A DNA stretch of 64,000 bases. Source: Raja brachyura (taxonomy: Eukaryota). A program made the translations under genes and the position numbers. The notes under the pieces were generated by a model. The model was not told the DNA's origin. It saw only the letters and a list, made by a program, of their open reading frames with translations, and searched no databases. The first letter of the stretch is position 1; each line of letters begins with the position of its first letter. Positions 27,581 to 38,403 of the stretch are shown in pieces. The stretch is taken from assembly GCA_963514005.1 (NCBI GenBank), contig OY740785.1, positions 106,516,001-106,580,000 of the forward strand, read 5' to 3'.

Positions 27581-27773
27581 AGGTAGTTTTCGAGTCCTCG
27601 TGGATACTGCCCTGAGAGGTCGGGGGTCTACTCGGGCGAGGCAGGTAGTTTTCGAGTCCTCGTGGATACTGCCCTGAGAGGTCAGGGGTCTGCTCGGGCG
27701 AGGCAGGTTGTTTTCGAGTCCTCGTGGATACTGCCCTGAGAGGTCAGGGGTCTGCTCGGGCGAGGCAGGTAGT
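27581..27773 (+). repeat. Three 62-bp tandem repeats in the ERV leader
   Basis: Unit AGGTAGTTTTCGAGTCCTCGTGGATACTGCCCTGAGAGGTCRGGGGTCTRCTCGGGCGAGGC at 27581, 27643 and 27705, partial copy at 27767. Confidence 0.95.
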
Positions 27774-27946
27774 GTTAAGGTAAGTAGGTAGAAAAGGACA
27801 GTGTGCACCATAATAACATAGTAGAATAGCAGAAAGTGAAATAGAAATAAGAATAGTGTAAGGTAATATAGTGACTACAAGGACGGAAGAGGTGTAAAGA
27901 CTGAGACTGTATTGACTGACAACGTGCACGGGACAAAACAGCCACC

Positions 27947-30025
27947 ATGAGTAAACTAACCGCGGTTGAGATATTAAGTAGAAAATTCCCCGTACCCAAA
28001 GAAGGTATTAAAAAGAGCTCTAAGAAGTGGGAGAAAAGAACAGAGAAATTGAACACAAAGTGGCCAAGGGAAGGCACTTTTGACGTGAACATGTGTGTTG
28101 AAATGGAAGTGTTGATTAAGAACTATAGACCCAGAGATAAAACAGAGACAAGGAAAAAGAAACAGGAGAAGGAATTAGAGGTGCTTAACCTGTTCAGGGC
28201 AGAAGGAGAAAGGTTGAGGAAAACCTACCTGGTAGGAAACATAATCAAGGAAGAAGGAGGGGAACCCGAGAAGCAGCCCGAGGGTCAGGGGATCATGGAA
28301 AGAGGAGCGTCCTTATATCCCAGTTTAAAAAGCCCCGGGTATCCCCCTCCCTACCCTGGCCTGGAAGGTGCAAACCAATGTCACGTGATAAGGGGAATAA
28401 TGGAAGTAGAGGGCGAAATCACGACCGTCAATAATGTGGAGGAAATAAGGGAATATAAACAAAGAAGAGAGCAAAAAGAAAAAGACAGGATGGTGCAAGA
28501 AATAAGTGAAGTAGAAAGGGAGATCGGGAGGCTGCAGAACCAGAGGAGGCAGGGGAGTTTTGAGGTACCCGAGTCAGCAGAGAGGAGGGCCGAGGAAAGG
28601 GGTGGACAGTGGAGAGAGTTAAGTCCGTGGTCAAGGGAGAAGGAGCAAGGCAGTGAGGAGGAAAATGAATCGAGCAGTTACAGGGAAACAAGGGATAGAG
28701 ATTTGGTGGAAAAATTTAAAAGGCAGGTGAAGGAATCTTTGGAGCAAATGGGGATCAGAGTTGAGGAACTGGGAGCACGTGTGGGGAAAAAAGAAAGGAG
28801 AAGCGGCCCGAGGAGAATCAGCATGGCAGGAGCTAGAAATAGGACCCCCAGAGTGGGATGTAGAAACAAGACAGGTGCAGGGGAGTAAAATGTTGCCATG
28901 GCTTGCGAAAAGAGCAGGACAGACACAGTATGTTCCTTGGGGGACACAGGACCTTGAAGGGCTGAAAAACATTCTGCCTAACATATATGATGGGGCAGGA
29001 AAATGGATAAGGGCCTTTGAGGAGGAAACCACGGGACGGCTATTGGCGATGGGAGATATAAAGGCACTTCTGGCAAAAGTAATAGGAACCACAAAACTGG
29101 TGGAACTCCTGGAAAAGGCAGGCATACATAATGCAGCAGGCAATCCATTGATTGATGGCCGACCATTTGACCAATTCAGGCCAGTGGTATGGCAAGCGCT
29201 CAGGTACAGCTACCCGCTTAAAGTGGACCCCAAGCATTGAAGGGGGACTCACTGGGGGACACAGAAAACCCAGCAGCGTACCTAGAGGGCCAGTTGAAAA
29301 AGTGGAGACTTGAAACTGAACAAGGAATAGACGGCAATGAACTGATGATCACTTTGTTCCGAGCCGCTATTATAGATGCCATGCCCGCTCAAGTAAAGTC
29401 CAGTCTGGAGGAGGTGGTGGGACTGTCAACTATGCCACACGTCCAGTTCAGGGACCACTTGGTCCATGCAGTCGACAAATATCGCAAAGATAAAAAAAGA
29501 CTGGCAGACCAGCAGGAGGAGGTGCAGAGAAAACTGGTACAGATGCAGCTTGATGAACTGAAAAGAAAAGAGCGTGAAAAAGGAAAGAAAATGCTCGCAG
29601 TAACAGCAGAACCAGCTGAAACAACTGAAATGTGTGCTGCACCTACACGTAGTGAATCCTATGCCAGAGCCAGACAAGGGCCGGAAACGCTTGGGCCAAT
29701 AGTACATGTCTGTGGGGAGTTTCCTCAAACGCCTTATCAGGGACGAGGCAGATCAGGAAACCAGCCCAGACAGGACTGGGGCCCTCAAGGGGGTGGAGCA
29801 CAAGGATGGGGACAAGGGAGGCCCGTAAGGAGGCAGGTAGCTGAGATGACGTGCTGGGGATGTGGTCAGGTAGGGCATGTGAAAAGGGACTGTCCAATCC
29901 ACCCGTAGCCCAGACCATACCAACAGGTGCCAATGGAGGAAGGACAATACCTCGCCCCAGGAACAGCCCCAGCAGCCACAATTGAAAGCCCGGCTGGACC
30001 CATGAACCCCTATGCTAGATACTAG
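27947..30025 (+). pseudogene. gag: ERV gag (two frameshifts, one premature TAG)
   Basis: Kozak GCCACCATG; WPREGTFD matrix motif, LYPSL and PPPY late domains, capsid-like YVPW...GAGKWI, single CCHC knuckle CWGCGQVGHVKRDC; natural stop TAG at 30023-30025. Confidence 0.93.
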
Positions 30026-30400
30026 GGGTGCCCATAGAACCCGGATGGGAAGGGACACTACCCAATGATAACCAGAGAGGCAGAAGAGGAACCAGTGGTT
30101 CAATTAATTTTGGGGGGGCAATTAACACCCATGATGATAGACACTGGAGCCACTTACACTTGTGTGCAAACACAATATGCCTCCCACCTTCCCATGTCAG
30201 GAAAATTTGTTAAAACTGTAGGGTTCTGGGGAAAGACACAGTTAATAAGATGTACGACCCCTGTGAGTTTAAAGGTGAACAACAGAGAAATAGTGTTGCC
30301 AATATTAGTGTCGAAAGGGCCTCCCATTAATTTGTTAGGCAGGGATGCCCTGTTGAAACTGGAACTGAAATTAGAGTGTACCAGAAATGGTTGGAGTGTG
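30026..30400 (+). pseudogene. pro: ERV aspartic protease
   Basis: MMIDTGATYT catalytic motif and NLLGRDAL; same frame as gag (readthrough arrangement). Confidence 0.95.
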
Positions 30401-30429
30401 GCATGTCCAAATGGTAATGCAGGAAGCTA

Positions 30430-30900
30430 GCAGAGCCAATGTGATTTGGATTGGAGGTATAGAAAATCAAATTTGGGACACCTGGAGAAAGTGGGAAAAG
30501 GGAATACGGAATATATTGCCTGAAGCAGCTACACCCCGGTCAGAGCTGCACTGTACAATATACTTTGACAAAACCCAGAATGTAGAACAGGAAAGAATGT
30601 GGTGTGAAGGAACAGGTGGCCAGCACCACTTGAGAGCAGTAGCAGTAATAATTGGAAAACAGGGAGCAGTCTTGCAAATTGAATGGGACACCTTCCTGGA
30701 GAAATGGTACAGGGTGGTGGGGGCTGCACCTCACGTGACATTGCTTGTAAATAAGGGACATCAGTCGAGGGAATCGGGACCACTGGTGAGACAAGCAGGC
30801 ACTGTTAGGAACTGGAGGAACGTTGCTCCAAAAGTATGGATATCTAAAGACGGTAATTACATCAAGATAATAGTTACTGTAGACATGTTAGGCATGATGA
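30430..30900 (+). other. 2H-phosphoesterase (LigT/CNPase-like) domain within Pol, between PR and RT
   Basis: Two HxT motifs with hydrophobic flanks: ELHCTIYF (H at 30549) and APHVTLLV (H at 30732), 61 aa apart, in the RT reading frame. Confidence 0.8.
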
Positions 30901-32602
30901 AAGAGGTTCAAATTAACCCCCAGCGACAGCTTCCCGTGTTAAAAACAGTAGGTCGGACACAGGAGGAAAGGCTGGACGAGTTGCCAGCAAACTTGTGGTC
31001 ACGACATGACACAGTCGTGGGACTGGTGAAGTCTGCAAGTCCGGTAGAAATAAGATTAAAACACGGAGCAGTTCCGCCCCGGAGACCGCAGTACCCTCTG
31101 AAACAAGAGGCAGAGGACGGCATAGCACCAATGATACAGGGTCTGGTGGAGGCAGGAGTACTTATCAAAACACGCAGTCACTGCAACACTCAACTGCTAC
31201 CAGTTTTAAAGACAGACAAGTCACGGTGGAGACTGGTACATGATCTGTGAGCAGTGAACGAGGTGGTGAGGGATTGGCCAGCGGTGATCACGAATCCGCA
31301 TACACTGCTGACCAATATTCCACCAGAGGCAGCTTACTTTTCAGTTATTGATCTGTGTTCAGCATTCTTCAGTGTGCCTTTAGCAGACAAGTGTCAGTAT
31401 CTGTTTGCTTTTACCTATAGGGGTACTCAATACACTTACACTAGGATGCCGCAGGGTTTCAAACACTCGCCTCGTGTGTTCAATCAGGTACTAAAGGCAG
31501 ATTTAGAGGGCATAGCATTGGACAGCACGATGATACAATACGTTGATGATTTGTTGATTTGCTCTGAAACTGAGGGACAATGTGAGCAAGATACCGTGGC
31601 TCTCCTGGAGAGGCTGGCGTGCGAACGTCACAAAGTGTCCAGGAAAAGGTCGCAGTTTTGTGTGCAGCTGGTAGAATACTTAGGGCGATTGATCTCTAAA
31701 GGAATTAAAACTATAGCACCAAATCAGATAGAGGCAATAACCAAGGCTCCTAAGCCACAAACTGTAAGACAAATGATGACATTCTTAGGGATGGCAGGAT
31801 ACAGTTCAGACTGGATTGGAGAATATGCTGAGATTGTGACGCCATTGAGAAAAATAATGAAGGACGCAGGACAAACAAGCCTGAAGAATGTTTTGCAGTG
31901 GAATGATGAGGCAGAAACGGCTTTTAACACAATTAAGCAGGAATTGCAGTCAGCTCCGGCCTTGGCCCTGCCTGATTATGAAAAAACTTTTCATTTGTAT
32001 GTTTCCAACAGACAGGAGGGGTATGCTACAGCAGTATTGACACAGGAAACAAGTGTGGGAAAGGCGAAGCAGCCGGTTGCGTATTACAGCACAAAGTTGG
32101 ATGAGGTGGCTCAGGGTTATTCATCTTGTTATCAGGGACTGGCTGCGGTGTACTATGCTTATGAGAAAGCATCGTCTGTGACTATGGGATATCCAGTGAT
32201 CATACACACCCACCACAAAGTCGCAGAGTTGTTGGACAAAGGAAAGTTTGTGCTTACACCGGCTAGGATAAAAGCGTATCAGATGCTACTGACATTTTCA
32301 GATATCACCATATAAAGATGTACTGCAAGTAACATAGCTGACTACGTCCCGCTTGGTCATGAGGGGGAGCCCCATGACTGTGTGGGTCAGACAATGGTGT
32401 TTTCTAAATTACGAGCGGATTTACAATCTGAACCACTGATTGATGAGGATAAGAAAGCCTTGTTTGCCGATGGATCATGTTATCGGGATCATGATGGAAA
32501 TCATGCAGGATTTGCAGTCGTGCAACAGGACCAAACAGGGTTTCAGACCATTAGGTTGGAGGCTTGTCAACAACCGTGTTCCATCCAGTTGGCAGAGATT
32601 AA

Positions 32603-33076
32603 AGGGCCTGTCCCACTAGCGCGCGATTAGACGCGACAAGCGCGACAAATTCGGACGCGGGGGTCGCGTGGGGGTCAGGCGATCCCGGTGCGAGTGAAGG
32701 GCCTGTCCCACTAGCGCGCGATTACACGCGCGACGTCTGAAGGAAGGACGTTATTTTTCATCACGTGACGATGCGCATGAGCATGCGCGTTGCACGACGT
32801 CGGGCAGTGACGTCATCACGCAACGCCACGCTGAAGACGCACAACGTCAAAACGTCATCACGTTAATCACGTTCTGCGCGACAGGATTTTGCTGCGCGTA
32901 ATTTTTTAAGCAGTGTCGGTTTTTGGACACTACGCGCGATGTCGACACCAGCTACACACAACTCGACGAGACTCCGGCGATCGCAGTGGGACAGGGTCAC
33001 CCGAGGCCGGGCGACTAAAGCGACCACGGTAGGTCGCGCTTGTCGCGTCTAATCGCGCGCTAGTGGGACAGGCCCT
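32603..33076. mobile_element. PIF/Harbinger-like MITE inserted in RNase H
   Basis: ~44-bp TIR AGGGCCTGTCCCACTAGCGCGCGATTAGACGCGACAAGCGCGAC; TWA flanks (TAA/TTA); removal restores GAG ATT AAG GCT TTA (EIKAL) in frame. Confidence 0.88.
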
Positions 33077-34658
33077 TTAGGCTTTAACAGCAGCGCGTGA
33101 AATGATGGAAGGTGAAAAAGTTGAGTTATACACAGATTCAGGAGTATGCCATCTATTTGGTGCGGTATGGAAACAAAGGGGCTTTAAGAAAAGCAATGGG
33201 GATCCCATACAACATTTCCAACACATTTCTGACCTAATAAAGGCATTAGCAAAACCCAGGGCATTAGCCATTGTTAAATGTCAGGCACACAAGAAGGGCA
33301 ATGACACAGTTACGAAGGGAAATCATGCAGCGGATGAAGCAGCTAGAACAGCATCTGGGTGCCAATTGGCAATACTTGCCCCTCAGGTGTTAGTGGTACC
33401 AGAGCCCACAAAGACAGATATCATTGAAATGCAAGGACAAGCTACATTAACTGAACAAACGATGTGGGGCCAGAGGGGAGCCAAGTCAAACGAGGACGGC
33501 TTGTGGACCACCAATAACAGCCTGTTCGTGGCACCCACCACCTTGCTGACCAGTCTTATTTCGGAAGCCCATGGACTGGACCATTGTGCAAGGGGGGGGG
33601 GGGGGGGGGGAGTCATACGAAAGGTAAAAAAGGATGGATTCCGGTCACCCTATCTGCAGGCTTCTGTAGATCACTTTCTGTCCTGGTGTGAGGTATGTGC
33701 ACAAAATAACGTCAGAAAGGGCATAACATCACCTATCGGTCACATACCCGAGGGGACATTCATACATTTGGTCATTGATTATGCGGACATGCTGAAAACA
33801 GTACGAGGTAAGCGATACCTGTCGGTAGTTATTGATCGATTCAGTAGGTGGTACCTTCCAAAGACCATGGGGCAGGTACAGTGGTGACATTTTTAACAAA
33901 TTAGGTAATTCCACGATTTGGCATACCGTCAATAATCAGCTCCGACAATGGGTCAGCTTTTGTTCAGAAGACAGTTAAGCTGGTGCTGCAGGCCTTGAGG
34001 GTGAAGCAAATATTTGGCTGTGTCTACCACCCTCAATCACAAGGCATGGTGGAAAGGGTGAATGGGACGTTGAAAGCGAAAATTAACAAAATTTGTGCAA
34101 CCACAAAATTAAATTGGATCGATGCACTGCCATTGGCATTAATGAGTTGTCATATGCAAACCAATCGTACAACTCACCTCATGCCACACAAAATGCTCAC
34201 TGGCAGACCCATGCCGGTGCCCAGACGAAGGGATGTGTATGAGGGTCCGTGTTTGGAGCAGTTAGAAGTAGAACTTAAACAATATATGCAACAGTTAACT
34301 ATGATACATAAGTCTATTTATGCACAGGAAAAGCAAAAGGAGCCAGAGGCAGACCAGGAGGAAGGACCGATCAAGCCTGGAGACCAAGTTTATGTGCGAG
34401 CCTTTCGAAGAAGATGGAATTAACCAAGACGGGAAGGACCATTCACAGTAACTAAGGCCTCACCTACAGCAGTACAGGTAGAGGGCCGATCCATATGGTA
34501 CCACCTCAATCATTGCACAAGGGCTATTCCACCATCACAGCCCCGGGGTAACCCCGAGGTAAGTGAACAAGAGGGCGAGGACACAGAGGAGGAACAGAGC
34601 ATTGATCAGGTAATAAATGACGTAGTCGGAGAAAGTGGGAGTTCTCACACTGGTGAGG

Positions 34659-36430
34659 ATGAGGGTGTGGGTGAGTGCCCTTCTCCTGATAGGCATCATC
34701 CTTCTACTAGCAATATGGGCGAAGGAGGGCCAGGGGAACCTGCCACGGATAATGCAGAAGTGGTGGAGGCAGGATCGATTTTAACATTTAAAAGTAAAGT
34801 GGATAGGTATATGGACGGGGAGGGAATGGAGGGGTATGGTCTGAGTGCAGGTAGATATGACTAGGAGAAAATAAATGGTCGGCACGGACTGGAAGGGCCG
34901 AGAAGGCCTGGTTCCGTGCTGTAATTGTTATATGTTATATGGTTATATAATCCCTACTCAGGCTTCACAACCACCAACCTTGCCGACTTGGGCTTGGAAG
35001 GATGACACCACTGATCCACTAATGAAAGGAGAGCTGATACAGAACAGAAGGGAAGTAAAGGTCCAAAATGATAACGGCTCAGCCGCCTGGCATAGCGCTT
35101 ACACTAGTGAATGGTACAAGTGGGCGCAGTACACAGCACAGACTTTGCAGTTGCCTCAATGTATAATATGTGCCAAAGCGAATGGGAGAATATTGGCTGT
35201 ACCAGAACCCCACAACTATATATATATTGTGCTGATTTTGTACAAAGTGTGACACGATGGACAGACGTGTCTAATTGCCCAATAGAATGTTTGAATGCAG
35301 CAGGATCTACACAAGTGACACTTGCGAAAGAACACTGTTCTCTTTGGAACTTCACGGAGGTAAGACAACCTTACCCAGAGCCACCTCCAGAGGTTGAAAT
35401 TATATCTACAGCACAGTATGAATGCTACCTTGCAGCAAATGGCACGAACCCAGTAGGAACCTTTCCAGGCCACTGCCACAGGGTGTGGGTGTGTAATCAA
35501 CAGGACCCATACCAATTGGCTGAAGACGTGCCCAGAACAGATGTTGCTGTTATACTACCGCAGTGCAGAGCTATTTTGACAGCAGATGTAGCTGTAGCTG
35601 ATAGGTTTCGAATGTGCGGGGGTAAGCCTAGAAACACACTGCCGCTACAATGGACTGGACTGTGTGCAAGGGTGATGTTGGCACAACCTGTCCTTGTAAT
35701 AAGTCTCACTGATATGTTCGAACAGACCCGTAGGAAAAGAGCATTTGATTCATTACCTGACGGAGTTTATCTGGATGCAATAGGACAGCCGAGAGGAATC
35801 CCAAGTGAATTTAAAGCAAGGAATGAAATTGATGCTGGGCTGGAGTCAATACTTTTCTGGATTACGCCTGCTAAAAACTCGGAGTGGATTAACTACATCT
35901 ATTATAATCAACAGAGGTTTATTAATTACACTGACGATGCACTGTCGGCATTGGGGGACCAACTTGATGCCACTAGTAAGATGGCATGGCAGAATAGGCA
36001 GGCCCTGGATTGGTTGTTGGCTGAGAAAGAGGGTGTTTGTGTCCTTTTTGGGGAGCACTGTTGTACCTTTATCCCCAGCAACACCGGCCCCGAGGGATCC
36101 TTTACTAAGGCCATGGATAAGTTAAAAAACCTAAGGAAGGAGGTTAAGAGAAATGCAGGGTTTGGACATCAATTGTTCGGGTGGTTGGAGAGCATGTTGG
36201 GGGGTTGGGGAGCCTGGCTGATTAAAATTGGTTTGACCATTGGGGTCGTGTTACTTGCAGTGGCAATCATGTTGTGCTGTGTTTTCCCCTGTATAAAGTC
36301 TCTCCTGGTGAAAGCTACAGTGAAGCAACTGCCAATGATGTCGGGTAGAGACGAAGTTGGCCCCCAAGGAAAGTGGACCTCGGTGATCACATACTACTAC
36401 AATGGAGAACACGCGTTGAGAGAATGCTAA
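34659..36430 (+). pseudogene. env: ERV env (signal peptide-SU-TM), disrupted by one CR1 and one 2-bp slip
   Basis: ATG 34659 MRVWVSALLLIGIILLLAIWA signal peptide; CIIC (CXXC); furin RRKR; immunosuppressive-domain-like QNRQALDWLLAEKEGVC; CX6CC (CVLFGEHCC); TM IGLTIGVVLLAVAIMLCC. Confidence 0.93.
34754..34946 (+). mobile_element. 5'-truncated CR1 LINE in env/pol overlap
   Basis: EVVEAGSILTFKSKVDRYMDGEGMEGYG plus 3' UTR and (GTTATATG) tail; ATAAT TSD at 34749-34753 and 34947-34951. Confidence 0.9.
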
Positions 36431-36640
36431 AAGTAGTCTGTAAGGGAAGCTGGATCTTTTTTCCTGCCTCGAGAAATGGGGGTGGGTTTTTGGCCCAGTT
36501 TCTCAGGGAGTCAGAGAAAGAACACTACACACAATGACACTAACTTAATTAAAAGAGACTGCATTTTAAGGCTGTATGGGTGATTTGACCTGGGGAATTT
36601 GTGTGTAGTTTTCTTTGTCTGTTGAGACTTTGGGGAAGTC

Positions 36641-37727
36641 AGAATGGGAGAAGCCAGAGAGTAATGGTGGATGGCTGTTTGTCGGGTTGGAGGCAGGTGA
36701 CTAGTGGGGTGCCTCAGGGATCTGTGTTGGGTCCTTTGTTGTTTGTCATGTACATCAATGATCTGGATGAAGGGGTGGTAAATTGGATTAGTAAGTATGC
36801 AGATGATACCAAGATAGGGGGTGTTGTGGATAATGAAGAGGATTTCCAAAGTCTACAGAGTGATTTAGGCCAGTTGGAAAAATGGGCTGAAAGATGGCAG
36901 ATGGAGTTTAATGCTGATAAATGTGAGGTGCTACACCTTGGCAGGACAAATCAAAATAGGACGTACATGGTAAACGGTAGGGAATTGAAGAATACAGTTG
37001 AACAGAGGGATCTGGGAATAACCGTGCATAGTTCCTTGAAGGTGGAATCTCATATAGATAGGGTGGTAAAGAAAGCTTTTGGTATGCTAGCCTTTATAAA
37101 TCAGAGCATTGAGTATAGAAGCTGGGATGTAATGTTAAAATTGTACAAGGTGTTGGTGAGACCAAATCTGGAGTATGGTGTACAATTTTGGTCGCCCAAT
37201 TATAGGAAGGATGTCAACAAAATAGAGAGGGTACAGAGGAGATTTACTAGAATGTTGCCTGGGTTTCAACAGCTAAGTTACAGAGATAGGTTAAATAAGT
37301 TAGGTCTTTATTCTCTGGAGCGCAGAAGGTTAAGGGGGGACTTGATAGAGGTCTTTAAAATGATGAGAGGGATAGACAGAGTTAATGTGGACAAGCTTTT
37401 CCCTTTGAGAATAGAGAAGATTCAAACACGAGGACATGACTTTAGAATTAAGGGACAGAGGTTTAGGGGTAACATGAGGGGGAACTTCTTTACTCAGAGA
37501 GTGGTAGCGGTGTGGAATGAGCTTCCAGTGGAAGTGGTGGCGGCAGGTTCGTTGGTATCATTTAAAAATAAATTGGATAGGCATATGGATGAGAAGGGTA
37601 TGGAGGGTTATGGTATGAGTGCAGGCAGGTGGGACTAAGGGAAAAAAGTTGTTCGGCACGGACTTGAAGGGCCGAGATGGCCTGTTTCCGTGCTGTAATT
37701 GTTATATGGTTATATGGTTATATGGTT
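36641..37727 (+). mobile_element. Young 5'-truncated CR1 LINE (open RT C-terminus) just upstream of the ERV PPT
   Basis: GVPQGSVLGPLLF, KYADDTK, RPNLEYGVQFWSP, ERRRLRGDLIE; (TATATGGT)n tail; AAGTC TSD at 36636-36640 and 37728-37732. Confidence 0.95.
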
Positions 37728-37734
37728 AAGTCTC

Positions 37735-37745
37735 AAAGGGGGGAG
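37735..37745 (+). promoter_or_regulatory. ERV polypurine tract
   Basis: AAAGGGGGGAG immediately before the 3' LTR. Confidence 0.85.
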
Positions 37746-37748
37746 TTA

Positions 37749-38403
37749 TATGGAAGTTATAGAGACTTAGACTTAATTAAAAATCATTTATCACAGCCAG
37801 CAGCAGAGATGTCAGCTATTTCATGGAATCAGACATCAGCTCAGCATACTTACTCACGTGCTTGTCTGTTAGTTAGTCAGCAGCACTTAATTAAGTCTTT
37901 TTATCCAGTAAACAAGTTACTTCTTATTTTTACTTTGTACACTTAATAAATGCATTTGTATCTTTGTGTAAAACATATAAACCAATATGTAGCAGTGTAA
38001 TATGGTGTAACCCTGTAACTTTAGCTGAAACTTAATGGGGGCAGGAGATGGCTGAGAGATTAGAAGTTAAACATAAGGGTGGCAAGCAAGGAGAGATATA
38101 TGAGGGGAGGTGTGGAGATTGAACCAAGGTGGAGACATAATGGTGGCAAAACAGAAGAGATTAGTCTTTAAGATAGATTGGTGCAAAAGGAGTACAGCAT
38201 GCAGATAATGAAGCAGAGATAAGACTGAAAAACCGTAATAAAAAGCTGCCTGTTTCTGTGTATTATTCAGCAATTAGAGAACAGGCAGTGGTCTCATCTC
38301 TGACTGCTCCAGCCAATATTTGCAAATAAAGGCTTTTCGTCTTCTTGAAGAACTCTCTGTGTCGGTTTCATCGTATCCAGCTTTGAGTCTCAGAACCACG
38401 ACA
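37749..38403 (+). repeat. ERV 3' LTR (~655 bp)
   Basis: About 21 substitutions and 2 indels relative to the 5' LTR by manual alignment. Confidence 0.95.

Larger units (their letters stand above)
30900..35005 (+). pseudogene. pol: ERV pol: RT, RNase H, integrase (several stops/frameshifts, MITE and CR1 insertions)
   Basis: IDLCSAFFS, MPQGFKHSP, QYVDDLL; RNase H FADGS...AEI|KAL...YTDS; IN HGLDH...CEVC, IDRFSRW, SSDNG, QSQGMVER, REGPF; acidic tail ends TGA 35003-35005 once the CR1 is removed. Confidence 0.95.
26570..38403 (+). mobile_element. Full-length endogenous retrovirus (class I, epsilon/gamma-like), antisense to LMBRD1
   Basis: Paired LTRs, PBS, gag-pro-pol-env, PPT; candidate TSD AAACCT (26564-26569)/AAATCT (38404-38409). 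Confidence 0.97.

Noticed and set aside
27581-27773. Leader repeats as a CRISPR-like array or ribozyme
   Set aside because: Units are contiguous with no unique spacers, the context is eukaryotic, and no complete CUGANGA...GAAA hammerhead arrangement was found on either strand.
33592-33610. Poly-Gly insert in the integrase zinc finger (and G runs at ~6520 and ~49225)
   Set aside because: Homopolymer expansion or sequencing artefact is more likely than a protein feature.
29906-34423. APOBEC-like G-to-A hypermutation of the provirus
   Set aside because: The few stops have mixed origins (including CpG decay), and the LTR differences show no clear G-to-A excess.
35111-36430. Domesticated syncytin-like env (439-aa open ORF)
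   Set aside because: The ORF is cut off from its signal peptide by a CR1 with an in-frame stop and by a frameshift. About 1.2 kb without a stop is unremarkable at ~3% LTR divergence.
36601-37638. Retroviral accessory gene between env and the 3' LTR
   Set aside because: It is a CR1 RT fragment with its own microsatellite tail and TSD, inserted after integration.
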